NCBI GenBank assembly: GCA_002633005.1
Contig: NMRA01000009.1
Coordinates: 1,929,366 to 1,993,365, forward strand
DNA: 64,000 nt
Direction of reading: 5' to 3'
Origin: Phoronis australis
Taxonomy: Eukaryota; Animalia; Phoronida
Position 1 is the stretch's first letter. Each line of letters starts with the position of its first letter. The notes below the pieces were generated by a model, which saw only the letters and a program-made list of their open reading frames with translations, had not been told where the DNA came from and searched no databases. The translations under genes were made by a program, and so were the position numbers. Positions 14,201 to 25,902 of the stretch are shown in pieces.

Positions 14201-14956
14201 GTGCACTCTCGTCTCAAGGGGCGGAGCTGCCTTACCTACGGTTCACGGCCAATCAAATTTTGTTTTCTGATCCCAATATAACAGCCTGCTCATACCTTAC
14301 TTTACTCAACTAGTTCAAATGTCAATTGTAAAAAAATGTTATCATCTATTATAATCCGACACCGACTCCAGTGAATTACCAGCATTTAGGAATATATACA
14401 TGGTTGAATATCCAGAACATTCCGATTCCATAGGAAATGGACACAGAAAGGGCAATAAAGGTATACTTTTAACAATAAACCCCCACCTGTGAGCACAACC
14501 ATATATCGATCGTGTTTCACCGACTCTCTTGGTTTCAATTTCCGCAGAAATACAGTACTGATATACCTGGGCCTGGTCTCTAATCTTTGTACTCGAAACG
14601 AACTCGAAACTATTTTTGGCAATTTCTCTGCTCCTTTTGTGCGAACTTAAGCTAATTGGTTATCAGATTGTGCTCGAATACATTATAGTTTATGCATAGG
14701 AGTTTGTAGTTCAAGTTTGCCCTTGAAGACCATTATATTCGTGCTACAAACTCGGGTAAAAACTCGAAATTTCGATTTCAAACTCGAACTTATTACTTTA
14801 ATATTGGATTTACAAACTGTGAACTAAGGGCAATAAATTATCTACGTAAGTTATTGTGTACTCGAGCATAGAATAATAGACACTTATCTTGAGTTCGCCC
14901 AAAAGTTGAGTAGAAAACGCCAAACCTAATTTCGAGTTCCACTTCGAGTAAAAAGA

Positions 14957-15430
14957 TTGGAAACCCGGCCCTGGTTTCGTAATCATAGATTTAACATAAT
15001 ACATAAAAACATTTCTGATACTATAGGTAATCATTTCAATTCCAAAAAACATAATCTACAACATCTTTCTGTACAAATAATAAAGAAACTCCAATACCCC
15101 AGTACCCCTCACAGACTCAAAAGAGAACAATTTTGGATAAATAAGCTCAACACACTTGAACCTAATGGATTGAACATAAAATCTTCTTAAATTATATCCT
15201 TTACTTTTTTCTGCAACAATGTATCATTCTCATTACGCCATATATCAGATTCAACTGTCATATAGTGTTTGATTTTACTTTATTTCTGTTTCTGTTGATG
15301 AAGGATGTTATTATATCCGAAAATTTCAGCGATCCATTTTTATTGTTTTATTTACATATATTTATTCTACTTTTCGACACACAAGTGTATCCTTTAGAGG
15401 ATATGGATCGCCTCTTTCAGTTTCGGATTT
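14957..15430 (+). mobile_element. Penelope-like element 3' fragment: GIY-YIG endonuclease C-terminus plus terminal repeat region
   Basis: RFRNHR-like 'WFRNHRFNI...IGNHFNSKKH...LSVQII...RLKREQFWINKLNTLEPNGLN' matches the PLE GIY-YIG C-terminal consensus. Confidence 0.85.
15292..15330 (+). ncRNA. Decayed minimal type I hammerhead ribozyme (Penelope-associated)
   Basis: ctg-TTGATGA-a-ggat(gttattat)atcc-GAAA-attt-cag. Stem I ctg/cag, stem II ggat/atcc, GAAA box and palindromic stem III aaattt. The core CUGAUGA reads UUGAUGA. Lies ~100 nt after the GIY-YIG stop. Confidence 0.55.
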
Positions 15431-16039
15431 ATTTTCTAAACTATTCATCATTTCCAAATAAATGCTGTGATATACACTTGGGTTTGCCAAACAGCAGTAA
15501 TCAGATTTAAGCTGTAGCGGATTACTGTGTTATTCAAATACATAAAAGATAGAATAGACAAGCGGTTAATCTGCATATATCAGCGAAAAGGTATAAGGAA
15601 TATTTACGGTAGGTGTAATCAAACTAAACGATGACTCGAACACTATCAATTGTACCTCTGAGTGTACAGTAATTATTGCTGTCTTTGACGCAGCTACAAT
15701 TGACAAAATAGAATTTTCAATCGAGACACATCTAATGGAACTTATGTGTTGCACACGTCATTGTGTTTACAACTTTGAAACTAGGTCAAGATCGCAGAGA
15801 CTATTGAGTTCACATCATCCTAACAAGTTCAGTTGTTTTGTTGTCAAGACAGCGTGACGAAACCTGTTGACATCCTCAAGACCATAACCTGTTTTGCATT
15901 TTCTGTTAGGAAATTACTCGAAAAACGTGGGCAGACATTTTAATGTCTGCCCACGTTTTTCGAGTAATTAAAATTGTAATTAAGTTCACTAAATACATAC
16001 AAGAGGTCAGGTTGGCAATCGTGAACCTGACCATTCCCA

Positions 16040-16390
16040 AGGTGTTCCATCGAAATTCAAACCCCGGTGTAAAATAGATTTCTCGGAGTCGAAAACAGAC
16101 TCCCGCACCTTCAAAACAGCTAACCAGCCTGAAAAACACGAACTCCAACCTTTAAAACAGGAATCCCGGGGATTGGATAGGAGATAATTTTTCAAACTTT
16201 CTCAGACGATGTCAATAGCCTCAAACTTAAAATTAAAGCATCTTCAAGTACTTTTCAGATGTTTTCTGCATTTGTTTGCTAAAAATAAAACGCAACTTAT
16301 ATTACACCGACTTTTTTATTTGATTTTCATGGGTGAAACTCGTGCAGCTTGTCTGTGGGTGAATTTCAATATAATCTATACTCTCAACAC
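16040..16390. mobile_element. Second copy (one arm) of the MITE family at 6790-7578
   Basis: Direct similarity to 6790-6930 and reverse-complement similarity to 7290-7575. Confidence 0.6.
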
Positions 16391-16959
16391 ATTGTTATCT
16401 TGGTGAATATTTAGTTAATTTCAGATTATTCAATAGTGTCTTCAAAAATATTTTTAAAACTAAAAAAGAAACCCATTCCTGTTTCTTATGCTAGCGACCG
16501 GTGCTCTGTCGGAACAGCATGCATGTATTGTTGATGGCTGCCTCAGTTTACTGACACATGACATCAATACCCGTGGATAAAGTGGTGAAGACGCCTATAA
16601 TCAAAGAAAGCCAGCTAGCAAGAAAGCGACGTGTCGTGCACAATCGTGCACTCCCGCCTATTAAAATAGGCGAGAGTGCACGGTTATTAACGTTTTGTAC
16701 AAACTTGCTGAAGTTGACGTGATGTGTATGCGCGCGCTGATTTATGACTTCAGCCTGTGTAGAATGCTGTTGAAGTCAGTGGCGATACTGACCCCAACTG
16801 GAAAGCACAAGGTGTTGTCATGTCCACAGTCACCACCGGGGCTCAAGTACAGAAAAATGAAAACATCATCAAGCCGTCAATGGTGACTCCATCTGACGTG
16901 AAAATTGAAGACGTCAATAAGTTGCAACGAGATCCTTTTTGTAGCAGCTAATGGGAACT

Positions 16960-17729
16960 CAGGCCCGTAACCAGTGGGGGTTCGAGGGGTTCGAACGAAC
17001 CCCACCGCAAAAAAGGTCCAGCCCCAGCCTATCCGTTAAAGATATGATACAGATGGTCAACAACAAAATTGATGCAGCTACTGGTACTACTAACCACAAT
17101 TGATGTTAGTAATAATTTTGAATTTGCTTCTGAATCAAAGTGCTTCACGTTATCATCGAGCCGTGCGTTACCCGGCCCACTTCGCCCGAGTGGTATTTGC
17201 GTAGATAACAGGATCGTGCAGACGATTAGAGGAGGCTTTATGTTATTCATCGGCATTGAACACGTGTGATGGCTACACTGTAGGGGAACAAGGGAGTCTA
17301 GAAGTAAATGTCTATACCTAGATACATGTAAGCTATATAGCAGCGAAACAGCTCCCAAAAAGCCACATTGCGGTGTGAATGTCTTAAAATCGACCATGAA
17401 GCAAAACAGCAGAAAATAGGTTTGTCATCTGATATTGCTTGCTAGCACAGTACGGTAAAGGGCAGGTGCTTCCAAATTTGGAATTGAAAATGTTCGTAAA
17501 ATACAAGTATTTTTTCGTCATATAGGGTCCAATTCGAGAGTGGATTGGTGGGTTGACATGCATTCGTGTACACGTATGTGCGTTTCCGTCCTTATAAATT
17601 CAGTAGAAGCCCACGGTAAGTTATAGACAACCCTCCGTCGTTACTCAAAAACCTGAATTTAACTGTAACCGTGTTTGCTTGCTCTGAGAAAACACCGAAG
17701 AGCACGTTCACGTTGGAGGGAGGGTGGGG
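16960..17729 (+). mobile_element. Non-autonomous hAT-like element, left part (runs into gap)
   Basis: Starts 'caggcccgtaaccagtgggggttcgaggggttcgaacgaaccc'. Shares 'ccagcctatccg...gatggtcaacaacaaaattg.tgcagctact' with the element at 34524. Confidence 0.5.
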
Positions 17730-18203
17730 NNNNNNNNNNNNNNNNNNNNNNNNNNNNNNNNNNNNNNNNNNNNNNNNNNNNNNNNNNNNNNNNNNNNNNN
17801 NNNNNNNNNNNNNNNNNNNNNNNNNNNNNNNNNNNNNNNNNNNNNNNNNNNNNNNNNNNNNNNNNNNNNNNNNNNNNNNNNNNNNNNNNNNNNNNNNNNN
17901 NNNNNNNNNNNNNNNNNNNNNNNNNNNNNNNNNNNNNNNNNNNNNNNNNNNNNNNNNNNNNNNNNNNNNNNNNNNNNNNNNNNNNNNNNNNNNNNNNNNN
18001 NNNNNNNNNNNNNNNNNNNNNNNNNNNNNNNNNNNNNNNNNNNNNNNNNNNNNNNNNNNNNNNNNNNNNNNNNNNNNNNNNNNNNNNNNNNNNNNNNNNN
18101 NNNNNNNNNNNNNNNNNNNNNNNNNNNNNNNNNNNNNNNNNNNNNNNNNNNNNNNNNNNNNNNNNNNNNNNNNNNNNNNNNNNNNNNNNNNNNNNNNNNN
18201 NNN
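17730..18203. other. Assembly gap (N run)
   Basis: N run flanked by G-rich sequence. Confidence 1.
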
Positions 18204-18519
18204 GGGGGGGGGGGTACTGTGGGACTCACCCCAGATGTACTAGAGGAAGTTTTCTGGTTGATCTCTTCGAAGCAACTATTCTCGACTTCATACAGTCCAA
18301 GATACAATGTATAATGTATTTCAACATGGTCGGAAAATAATTAAGAAATAAATAGTCGATAATATCACTATTCGTTTTTTTAGAAAATGAGCCATTTTGG
18401 TTAAAGATTTTAGAACCCGTATGGTTCAGTCATGAGCTCTCCAAATATAGGTACTATATCAACTTGTTTGTTTGTAATGTTTATTGAAAATTTGCTTCAA
18501 AACTGCCCACTGGAAAACC

Positions 18520-19740
18520 GGAAATAGTACAGGAAGTATTCTAAGACTGTTCTCTATGCGGATGACACAACAATACTGTCTGCAGGCAGAACCTCATCTG
18601 AAATCCAGGCCAATCTCAACTCTGATTTAGTAATCATTTCAGATTGGCTTGTATCCAATAAACTATCATTAAATGTTTCTAAAATAAAAACTCTTCTATT
18701 TGGCACATCCCAAAGACTTAGAAACCAAACCCTGTCATTAACTATGGATGGAAGACCAATTGAGAACGTCAATTTCTTTAAATATCTGGGACTTATATAT
18801 GATCAAAATCTTAAATTCTTTCACCACGTTGATTATATCTCGAAAAAGGTGTCTAAGAAAATTGGTGTATTGAAACGCATCAGTAAATTCGTTAACAGAG
18901 CAACACTGAAAACCCTTTTTAATGCTATCATTCAACCTCACCTAGATTATTGCCTCCCGGTGTGGGGTGTTGCATCAGGCAAGGATATGAAAACCATCCA
19001 GGTTATCCAAAATAGGGCTGCCCGGATTATTCTGGGAGCTGGTGTTAGAGATATTAGCATCGAAAACCTTCATAAAGAGACTGATATAATGAAACTTCAC
19101 ACAAGACATCAATTCCTATCTGCTTGTTGCCTGTACAGATGTTTTAAAGGTCTTGTCCCGTCTTAGTTATGTGCTAAGTTTAAGATGACTACTAATCGCT
19201 ACAATACTAGGTCCTCATCATCATCTATTTCAATCTTCCTAAACGCAGAAGCGAGACTGGGAAAAAATCATTTTCCTACAGAGGGCCCTTTTTATGGAAC
19301 TCTCTCCCTGCAGATGCCAAATCTACATCATCCTTTCTAACCATTAAAAGAATTATAAGAAATAGATTTAACTCCATGTAGTGTCTTAAGAATTGCATGT
19401 TTATTCATTTGTTATTTATATAATGTCTTACCTTTATTAATTATTTATAGTCTGTTTTAATTTTTTATATTTATATTCATATTTTTTATTTTTTATTTTA
19501 TTATCTTGTCTTAATTTCTTTATCTTTTATTTATCATATTTTATTTTTTATTTTGGTTCATCAGTCTTTCCATGTTAATTTCTTATTCTTTGCTTATTAC
19601 TTAAATTTGTCTTTCATGTTGTAATTCTGTTTTGTCTTACTGTCTGTTTGTTTTTTACTGAGGGCCCCCATGGAAAGCAGTGTGAACTGATGAGGCTACC
19701 CTCATTGTAAATATTACATTTAAACAAAAAATAAAAAAAC
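18520..19740 (+). mobile_element. 5'-truncated L2/Crack-type LINE (RT C-terminal half, AT-rich 3'UTR, tail)
   Basis: LYADDTTI...LNSDL..ISDWLVSNKLSLNVSKIK...FKYLGL..DQNLKF..HVDYI.KKVSKKIGVL...PHLDYC.PVWG...QNRAARII. Stop at 19164-19166. The 3' tail 'gggcccccatggaaagcag...taaata' is followed by an A-rich end. Confidence 0.9.
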
Positions 19741-22499
19741 AAGTGTACATCAAGCTGTCCAACATAAAGTACGGTCGTGTTTTCCATCAAGGTTGCACTA
19801 ATTAAGAGCTGCAACGGACTTATACTGACTTATGCTACATTTAAATTTTATTATTTTATGAAAATTATAGAACTTCTGTTTATGATAGCCCCTCATGCAA
19901 AAAACGAAGCATTTTCAAAACAATTCCTAAAAGCCTGTTGGAGACCAATGTATAACGCATAATAGCTTCAAGTTTCATATAAATTCATTCTGAGATATGG
20001 CATTCCAATTTTAACCACATTTGAGTATTTTTCTAGGGTTCTACTGCGCCCTAAACTGGAGGCGTCGATGAAAAGTTTCTTATCTATTTCCGACAGTATT
20101 AAAACCTCAACGTATAATTTTCTCTCAGCATTTATCAAAGTAGCTAAAAAGGGGCAATCAGTCGACATGTGAAATTTAGGAACCATACTTCAGCGCCACC
20201 TGTTGCTGCTTCATGCAAGCGGGCAGTAAGTCCGGCGCACCCAGTACCTAGACATTGGGCACGGTGTTTAGTGTTGTTTCATGGTTATTTAGTTTACCTA
20301 TTACTGCACCGGTGTGTGATTTACCCTTAAGTAACGAAAATATAAGAAACAATCATGCTTTTGAATGTTTTTTGGAGAAAATGGCACGACTTCTTCACAA
20401 AACAACAAGTTTATAGGAAACAAATGTGCCTTTATATGTTTCGTCTCGGTACCACAAGGCGTCGTTAACAGCAAGACTCCAGCTTTTGCTCGCAACAGGC
20501 TAGTTGTACACAAAAAATCGGCACAAGTGCTCCAAATATCCACTTTTCTTGCTACCAAATAATTATGCATGAGCTCGGTTGGAAATCAGCGTTTCCACGT
20601 AAAACAGACTTTTCGGCCAATACTTCTATTGTTTTTAAGCCAGAAAATGGTGTTTACAAAATCCAAACCAGAAAAACTCCTTGGCGCTGTTATCAGTATT
20701 CTGAAGCATTTTCCACCCGCCCACCATGAAATGCAACGCATACACAATTTCATAGAATAATTTCAAAACACTAAGCGTCCCATATCGTAAACACACGATC
20801 TTCCCTGAAATGGGGCTATTCGTAGAATTCTCTTCGCGGTGTCGCTGCTGTACTACTGGTGACTGAATTGCGCATGCGTCGCTGTCTGTATGTAAACAGC
20901 TAGTAAAAAGACGGAATTGTTATCCCGTTATTGTCGTCGCGCTAAGCTATTTTCCCTAGTGCAAGTCTTCGACAGGTGGTCACAAATTCCCAGAAGACCT
21001 AAAATTACTACATTCGTGGAGAATTGCGGTCAAAAGGGTCAACCAACTGACAAAAAGTTTGTGCCCTATGGCTGCATTTCCTTTAGGAGACTACTTAACG
21101 TTACTTGGTAAGTTTTTAGCAATCATTTTCTATTGACATCGACTTTCGGTGATGTTTTCCCCAGCAGTTACCCCACTGAATAACGGGCTTATTCAGTGGA
21201 ACTAAGTGCTTCTTTTCGGAAACTCACCCGGGACTCGGATGCCGGATAGGCTAGCAGCACATATTCACAGTTGTCCTGACTGGGCGTGCGCCCAATATAA
21301 GAGGTGTATGGTACGTGACGCTCAGAAGTCAAGGGTGACTTTTTCGCAGTAGTTTCTCTTTTAAGCTATGCTATGTCCAATAAAATTCTCTCGATGCGTG
21401 AGTTTCCTTATTTTATAGCGGACCCCACCCCCGGGACTACCAGATTAGTTACCGAATTAACATGAATAAGCTATTCAGTAAATATCGTAACATTGTAAGG
21501 AATAAAAATTGACACCTAGAATGAATTTTACCTGTTGAGATCTGAAGCACATTTTAGGTGTTCTGAAAAATACGTATTGGTAAATCACTTATAGCCTGTT
21601 TTATATATTTCAATTCAGATCTTAAATACGACTTGGGTACAAAGATTATTAGTTTCTACATATAACATGAAGATGAAACGTCAAGTATATTTTGCCTTAA
21701 AAAAGTAGTTTTGTATTGTGTTTCTTTTGTAATTTGCTAATATTTTTCTGACTATTCTTGTTACAGGTGAGAGAATACGACTGAAACCAGCCACCTGACC
21801 GCCTATTTTACCTTTGGACAAAGTGAAAAACAATCCTTCAGCAATAACCTTGGAGAATTGAGCCTAACTCAGAAATACACCACTTGATATGCCTGATTAT
21901 GGACTCCGTTGCATTGGGAAAAATACAATTCCTTTTAACAATGTTGTTTCTTAGTATGTATGTGGTTGTTCATTTTGCCATTTTGTTTTTAAATACAATG
22001 ATAATTGCTTATTCTCGGATCTTGTGCGTAGCAGATTCTTATCCACCTAGCTACAATTGGAAACATACTTTTCTTGCATGTGGAACTTTCGTTCATAGAC
22101 AAGTTAACACAAAACCGAAAATTGTTCAAAGGCCTTCTCAAGAAAGCTCTAAAATAATTACACACACAAACAAATCAAATGCAAACAAACGGAGTACTTC
22201 ATTTTGGTCGCTGCACATTTTTATAGGTCAACAGGAAAATGACAATTTGCAAGCGTATTCGGTCATCATTTCAGTTTTATTCGATCATTAAAGTATAATA
22301 TTAACAACTTTCTACCGACAATAAGACAAAATAAATCGATGCAGTCACTGAATGTCATTTCCCCATAATGTGTACCAAATTGAAAAGTTTTTACCATTAG
22401 TATAAAGTCTTTCTTCTGAAAGGAACAGGTAATATTAACTCAGTTAGAAAGGACAGGCAATTTTTAGCAGATGCTTTTGGCTTTCATTTCACTGGGATC

Positions 22500-22715
22500 T
22501 AGTTCCAGTGGCCTATAGAATTGCTTGTAAAAGAGGTCCAGTTTTGGCACGTGGCTTTCCTTCATGTAATCTCATTCAGCCTCAATAATGTCCACAATAA
22601 GATCCTTAAAGATACACACAACAGCACATCACTTGACTCGTTTTGTGTCCAAAATCTGACCCTGAACTAGACCAGAGTGTCATTAGGTCTTCTTTAGCTT
22701 CAGTCCCTCTTTTTT
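22500..22715 (-). mobile_element. Decayed YqaJ/lambda-exonuclease C-terminal fragment (ISL2EU-type second ORF)
   Basis: Minus strand: GLKLKKT**HSGLVQGQILDTKRVK*CAVVCIFKDLIVDIIEAE*DYMKESHVPKLDLFYKQFYRP resembles the YqaJ motif 'LK..H.YY.QVQGQ...WCDFVV....D....I....D....PKL..FY'. Confidence 0.6.
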
Positions 22716-24875
22716 CTTCTAGGAAAGGAAATAAGCTTTTGTCCACACGATTCATTGCCTATGAAAGGCATCATCACCAACGAGGCTGACTCGTGTAGCA
22801 GTCAGATATAGTTCCTCTTCATACACAAACAATCCCCTGGCACATTTTCTTACGGTAACTTAATACTGCGATTCACATTTCTCCAGGGCCACTGACTTGT
22901 GCATTGTGCCATGCAGCACTGCTGGTGTGTGGAAATGCTGTGGTGAGAGAAAGTAGTAAAAAAGCTTGTCTATGTTGCGGCTTGAAGTGGCCTTAAAATG
23001 TCACTGCACCAGGAACAAATATTGAAATATGAATTATTAAGTACTCCAGGTTGGTTAGAAAATGCTACCTTTGTTTTTCAAAAATATGATGTGGTAACTG
23101 CGCTACAATTTCACACAAAAGTAAATAAATACTATTTTCAGAAAGTATGGGTGTATATAATAAGTATTGTATTAAACTACGTCTTTATTTTCATTCGTAG
23201 CCATAGCAATTCTTTATACGCATCACTTGCCTGCAAAATATGCAAGTTTTTTAGACAACTTCAAACGTTTGTTACCCATTTTTGAGGCTGAGGGAACCAT
23301 TTCTCAGACTTTTTATATTTTTCTTCTTTTAGAGAATATGAAGACTCAGAGGACCATTTAAAAATGAAAGATAATCTTCCTATTGCTTAAGAGTAATTAC
23401 AAATCGCAAGACACCATCAAAAATGCAAATTTCTAAAAAATGGCAGTCATTTGAATTTATAAACGACTTGCAACATTTCAAGGCATGAGCTAAGACTATT
23501 CAGTTACGGAGAATTCAGAAAATGTATTAATTTTTATGGGTTTACAATTGATAGCAAAGCAGTTTCATGAAATAAACTTGAAGGAACTTTATGAAGGTTA
23601 AGAATTATCTCACCATGCTCTTTCCCCAAGACATGTATTACCTGTTATTTCCACACCTTCAGTTGCACAAAATTTTACAATCCCAACCCCCTATGCCAAT
23701 TCCCCGCTAAGGACCTGAATAAGTAAATTAAAAAAACGAGTTTAATACTTTTCTTTAAAAATAGCTTGTTCCTTTTCAAAGGCTTTGTTCGTTGTCTCCG
23801 ATATAAAAAGTAGGCTTTGACAACACATCTGCACTGGATAGGAAGCTCTTGCTGGTTAAGTGCAGTCAAATGCTTAATACCAATTTTTGTCCATTCAGGG
23901 ACGGTGCAGAGAAGCGATGCATATCTCCTATGTAGGGTGCAAGCCCTCAAACCTAAAAACCAAATGCCACGTGAAAACAGACACGATAGATTTCCATTAC
24001 AGCCTGTAATAGATTTTCGGAAAATATAAGATAGGGAGTAAACAAATAGTCTAATGCAATGGATATTTGTCACGTACCCTTTGGCAGTGGGCTTGGATTG
24101 TAATCTTAACTCGCTAACCAATATCGAGTTGACAGCATAAACATTCAGCATTGATTGATGTGACTGTCGTTGACAAACCTGTTATAAATCATTTCAAACA
24201 ATAATACTTCTTTTATGTACGAAAAGATCCCGAATGCTACGTCAAATATCGTAACATACTTAACAAACAAAGATTAACCCCACTGGCGACTGTCCCGAAG
24301 TCGACATCGGCGAGTACCTCAGTTAACAAGCATCAGTAGAATAAACATGGAACAATCGTTAAAATAATCACAAACCTTACCTTTGTATAAAATCGTGCTT
24401 ACTTCCTCTCATACTTTCACGCAATCTCAGATTCAGTTGGCACGGCTGCAAGCCATTTCACCATGTATTTAAGGGCTCGTGAAGTCGAGGCTGCTTAATC
24501 TATTACACGCGCGCCCTCTAGTTAATGTAAATTTTCCGAATAGCCCCATTGATGCCTACGTCCACTTCAGTCGGCGTAGATAACAGAACCAACCATGTTT
24601 TTTGCATACACTATCATTTAATAGAATTTTAGTCCTGCAAATTGAAGAAAAACTTGCAAAATTGCTACTAACGTCCAAGGAACTTATGGTGTCAGCGCCT
24701 ATGCAATTACTTTCTTGTATGAACAAAACCGAGCTCGGGTTATTACGTTTGATATGAAACAACATGTATGGGAACAAACTCAAGTAGATTCCTATAATAT
24801 GAGAAATTGTATAAAACCTGAGGACATTGCGAGGCTGTCATAAACAGGAGGTATCACATATTGAACAAGAAGATA

Positions 24876-25862
24876 TCACATGTGAGTCACTGCATCCTTC
24901 ATTTCTGTATCGTGAATGTTTGAAGACTGACACCCATATAACGGCGTGGCTTTTTTTCGAAGAAGCAATACCTTAAACGCTTTTCGAAAGGTAGGATGTC
25001 TGAAGTTATAGATCAGTGGATTCACACATGAGTTCGCTGCGACCAGCGCATAAGCGACAAGTCTCAATATCTCCGTGGAAGACGACACAAGATCTGAACG
25101 AAATATCTCGATCAGTGTCAACGTTGGCAGAGGCAGGCAGCACAAACTAAATACGCCGACAACGAGCGCGAAAGTCTTGATCACCGGCAGATGTCGTTTC
25201 AAATGACCATTTGCCACCCTTAATTGAACGGATGGTGCTCTAACAATAGCATTATGAGTGATTCGAAGAAATGATACATAAAAACCAACTAGAATAATCA
25301 CAAACACGAAACACTGTAAACTTGTATACACGACGTATTCTTCACGAAACACTTTTCTGAATGCGCATTCCACTCCAGGGTACCACTTGTGCACTCCAAA
25401 CATGGGAATGATTCCGACTGACAAGCTAAATACCCATATGCAAGTGCTTGCAATGAGTGTCCGACGTGACGTTACTATGCTTCTATATTTGAGTGGTTTT
25501 ACCAGGGACAGACACCTGTCCGTAGTAATCCCGAGTAAGAAGAGCAGGGATGCACATAAGGAGACGTACGACAAACAGTAGCGTAAAAGACACAATTCCC
25601 TTATTTGTTTGAGATTCGGTGACAGTTGCAGAACTACCTGTAAAGGAAGGGCTATGAGTCCAACCATGAGATCCGCCAGGCTCAAGTTGACTACAAATAT
25701 ATTGCACGATGTCCGAAGATGGGAAAATTTCACAAACGATAAAATGACGAGACAGTTGCCAAAGATAATCAGCAAAGAAATCGTGCCAAGAAGAACTGTT
25801 TGTGCAATTCTCAGTGCCGTCCATTCTTCTGTCAATATTTCGGTACTGTTATTCCAACGCAT
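24876..25862 (-). CDS. Class A (rhodopsin-like) orphan GPCR, 328 aa, intronless CDS; adenosine-receptor-like invertebrate family
   Basis: Seven hydrophobic segments. GN(1.50), NLSLADL(2.50), C3.25 with ECL2 Cys (GVEC), TDRC (DRY variant), W4.50, CCLP (CWxP variant), NSCVNPLIY, helix 8 FRKAF, N-terminal NNS sequon. Confidence 0.95.
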   Translation of the reverse strand: MRWNNSTEILTEEWTALRIAQTVLLGTISLLIIFGNCLVILSFVKFSHLRTSCNIFVVNLSLADLMVGLIALPLQVVLQLSPNLKQIRELCLLRYCLSYVSLCASLLFLLGITTDRCLSLVKPLKYRSIVTSRRTLIASTCIWVFSLSVGIIPMFGVHKWYPGVECAFRKVFREEYVVYTSLQCFVFVIILVGFYVSFLRITHNAIVRAPSVQLRVANGHLKRHLPVIKTFALVVGVFSLCCLPLPTLTLIEIFRSDLVSSSTEILRLVAYALVAANSCVNPLIYNFRHPTFRKAFKVLLLRKKATPLYGCQSSNIHDTEMKDAVTHM

Positions 25863-25902
25863 AGTTCATGGATCTTTCAATGTTTCATAACTTCGATGAA
25901 TT

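Noticed and set aside
17671-18340. Long ORFs of 190-221 aa
   Set aside because: They consist mostly of the N gap.
19960-21900. GC-richer block with a terminus-like segment and donor/acceptor candidates
   Set aside because: No coherent ORF or matching second end found by eye; left as an unclassified probable TE remnant.
24876-25862. Opsin or biogenic-amine receptor identity
   Set aside because: No Lys at 7.43 and no Asp at 3.32, so no gene symbol was assigned.
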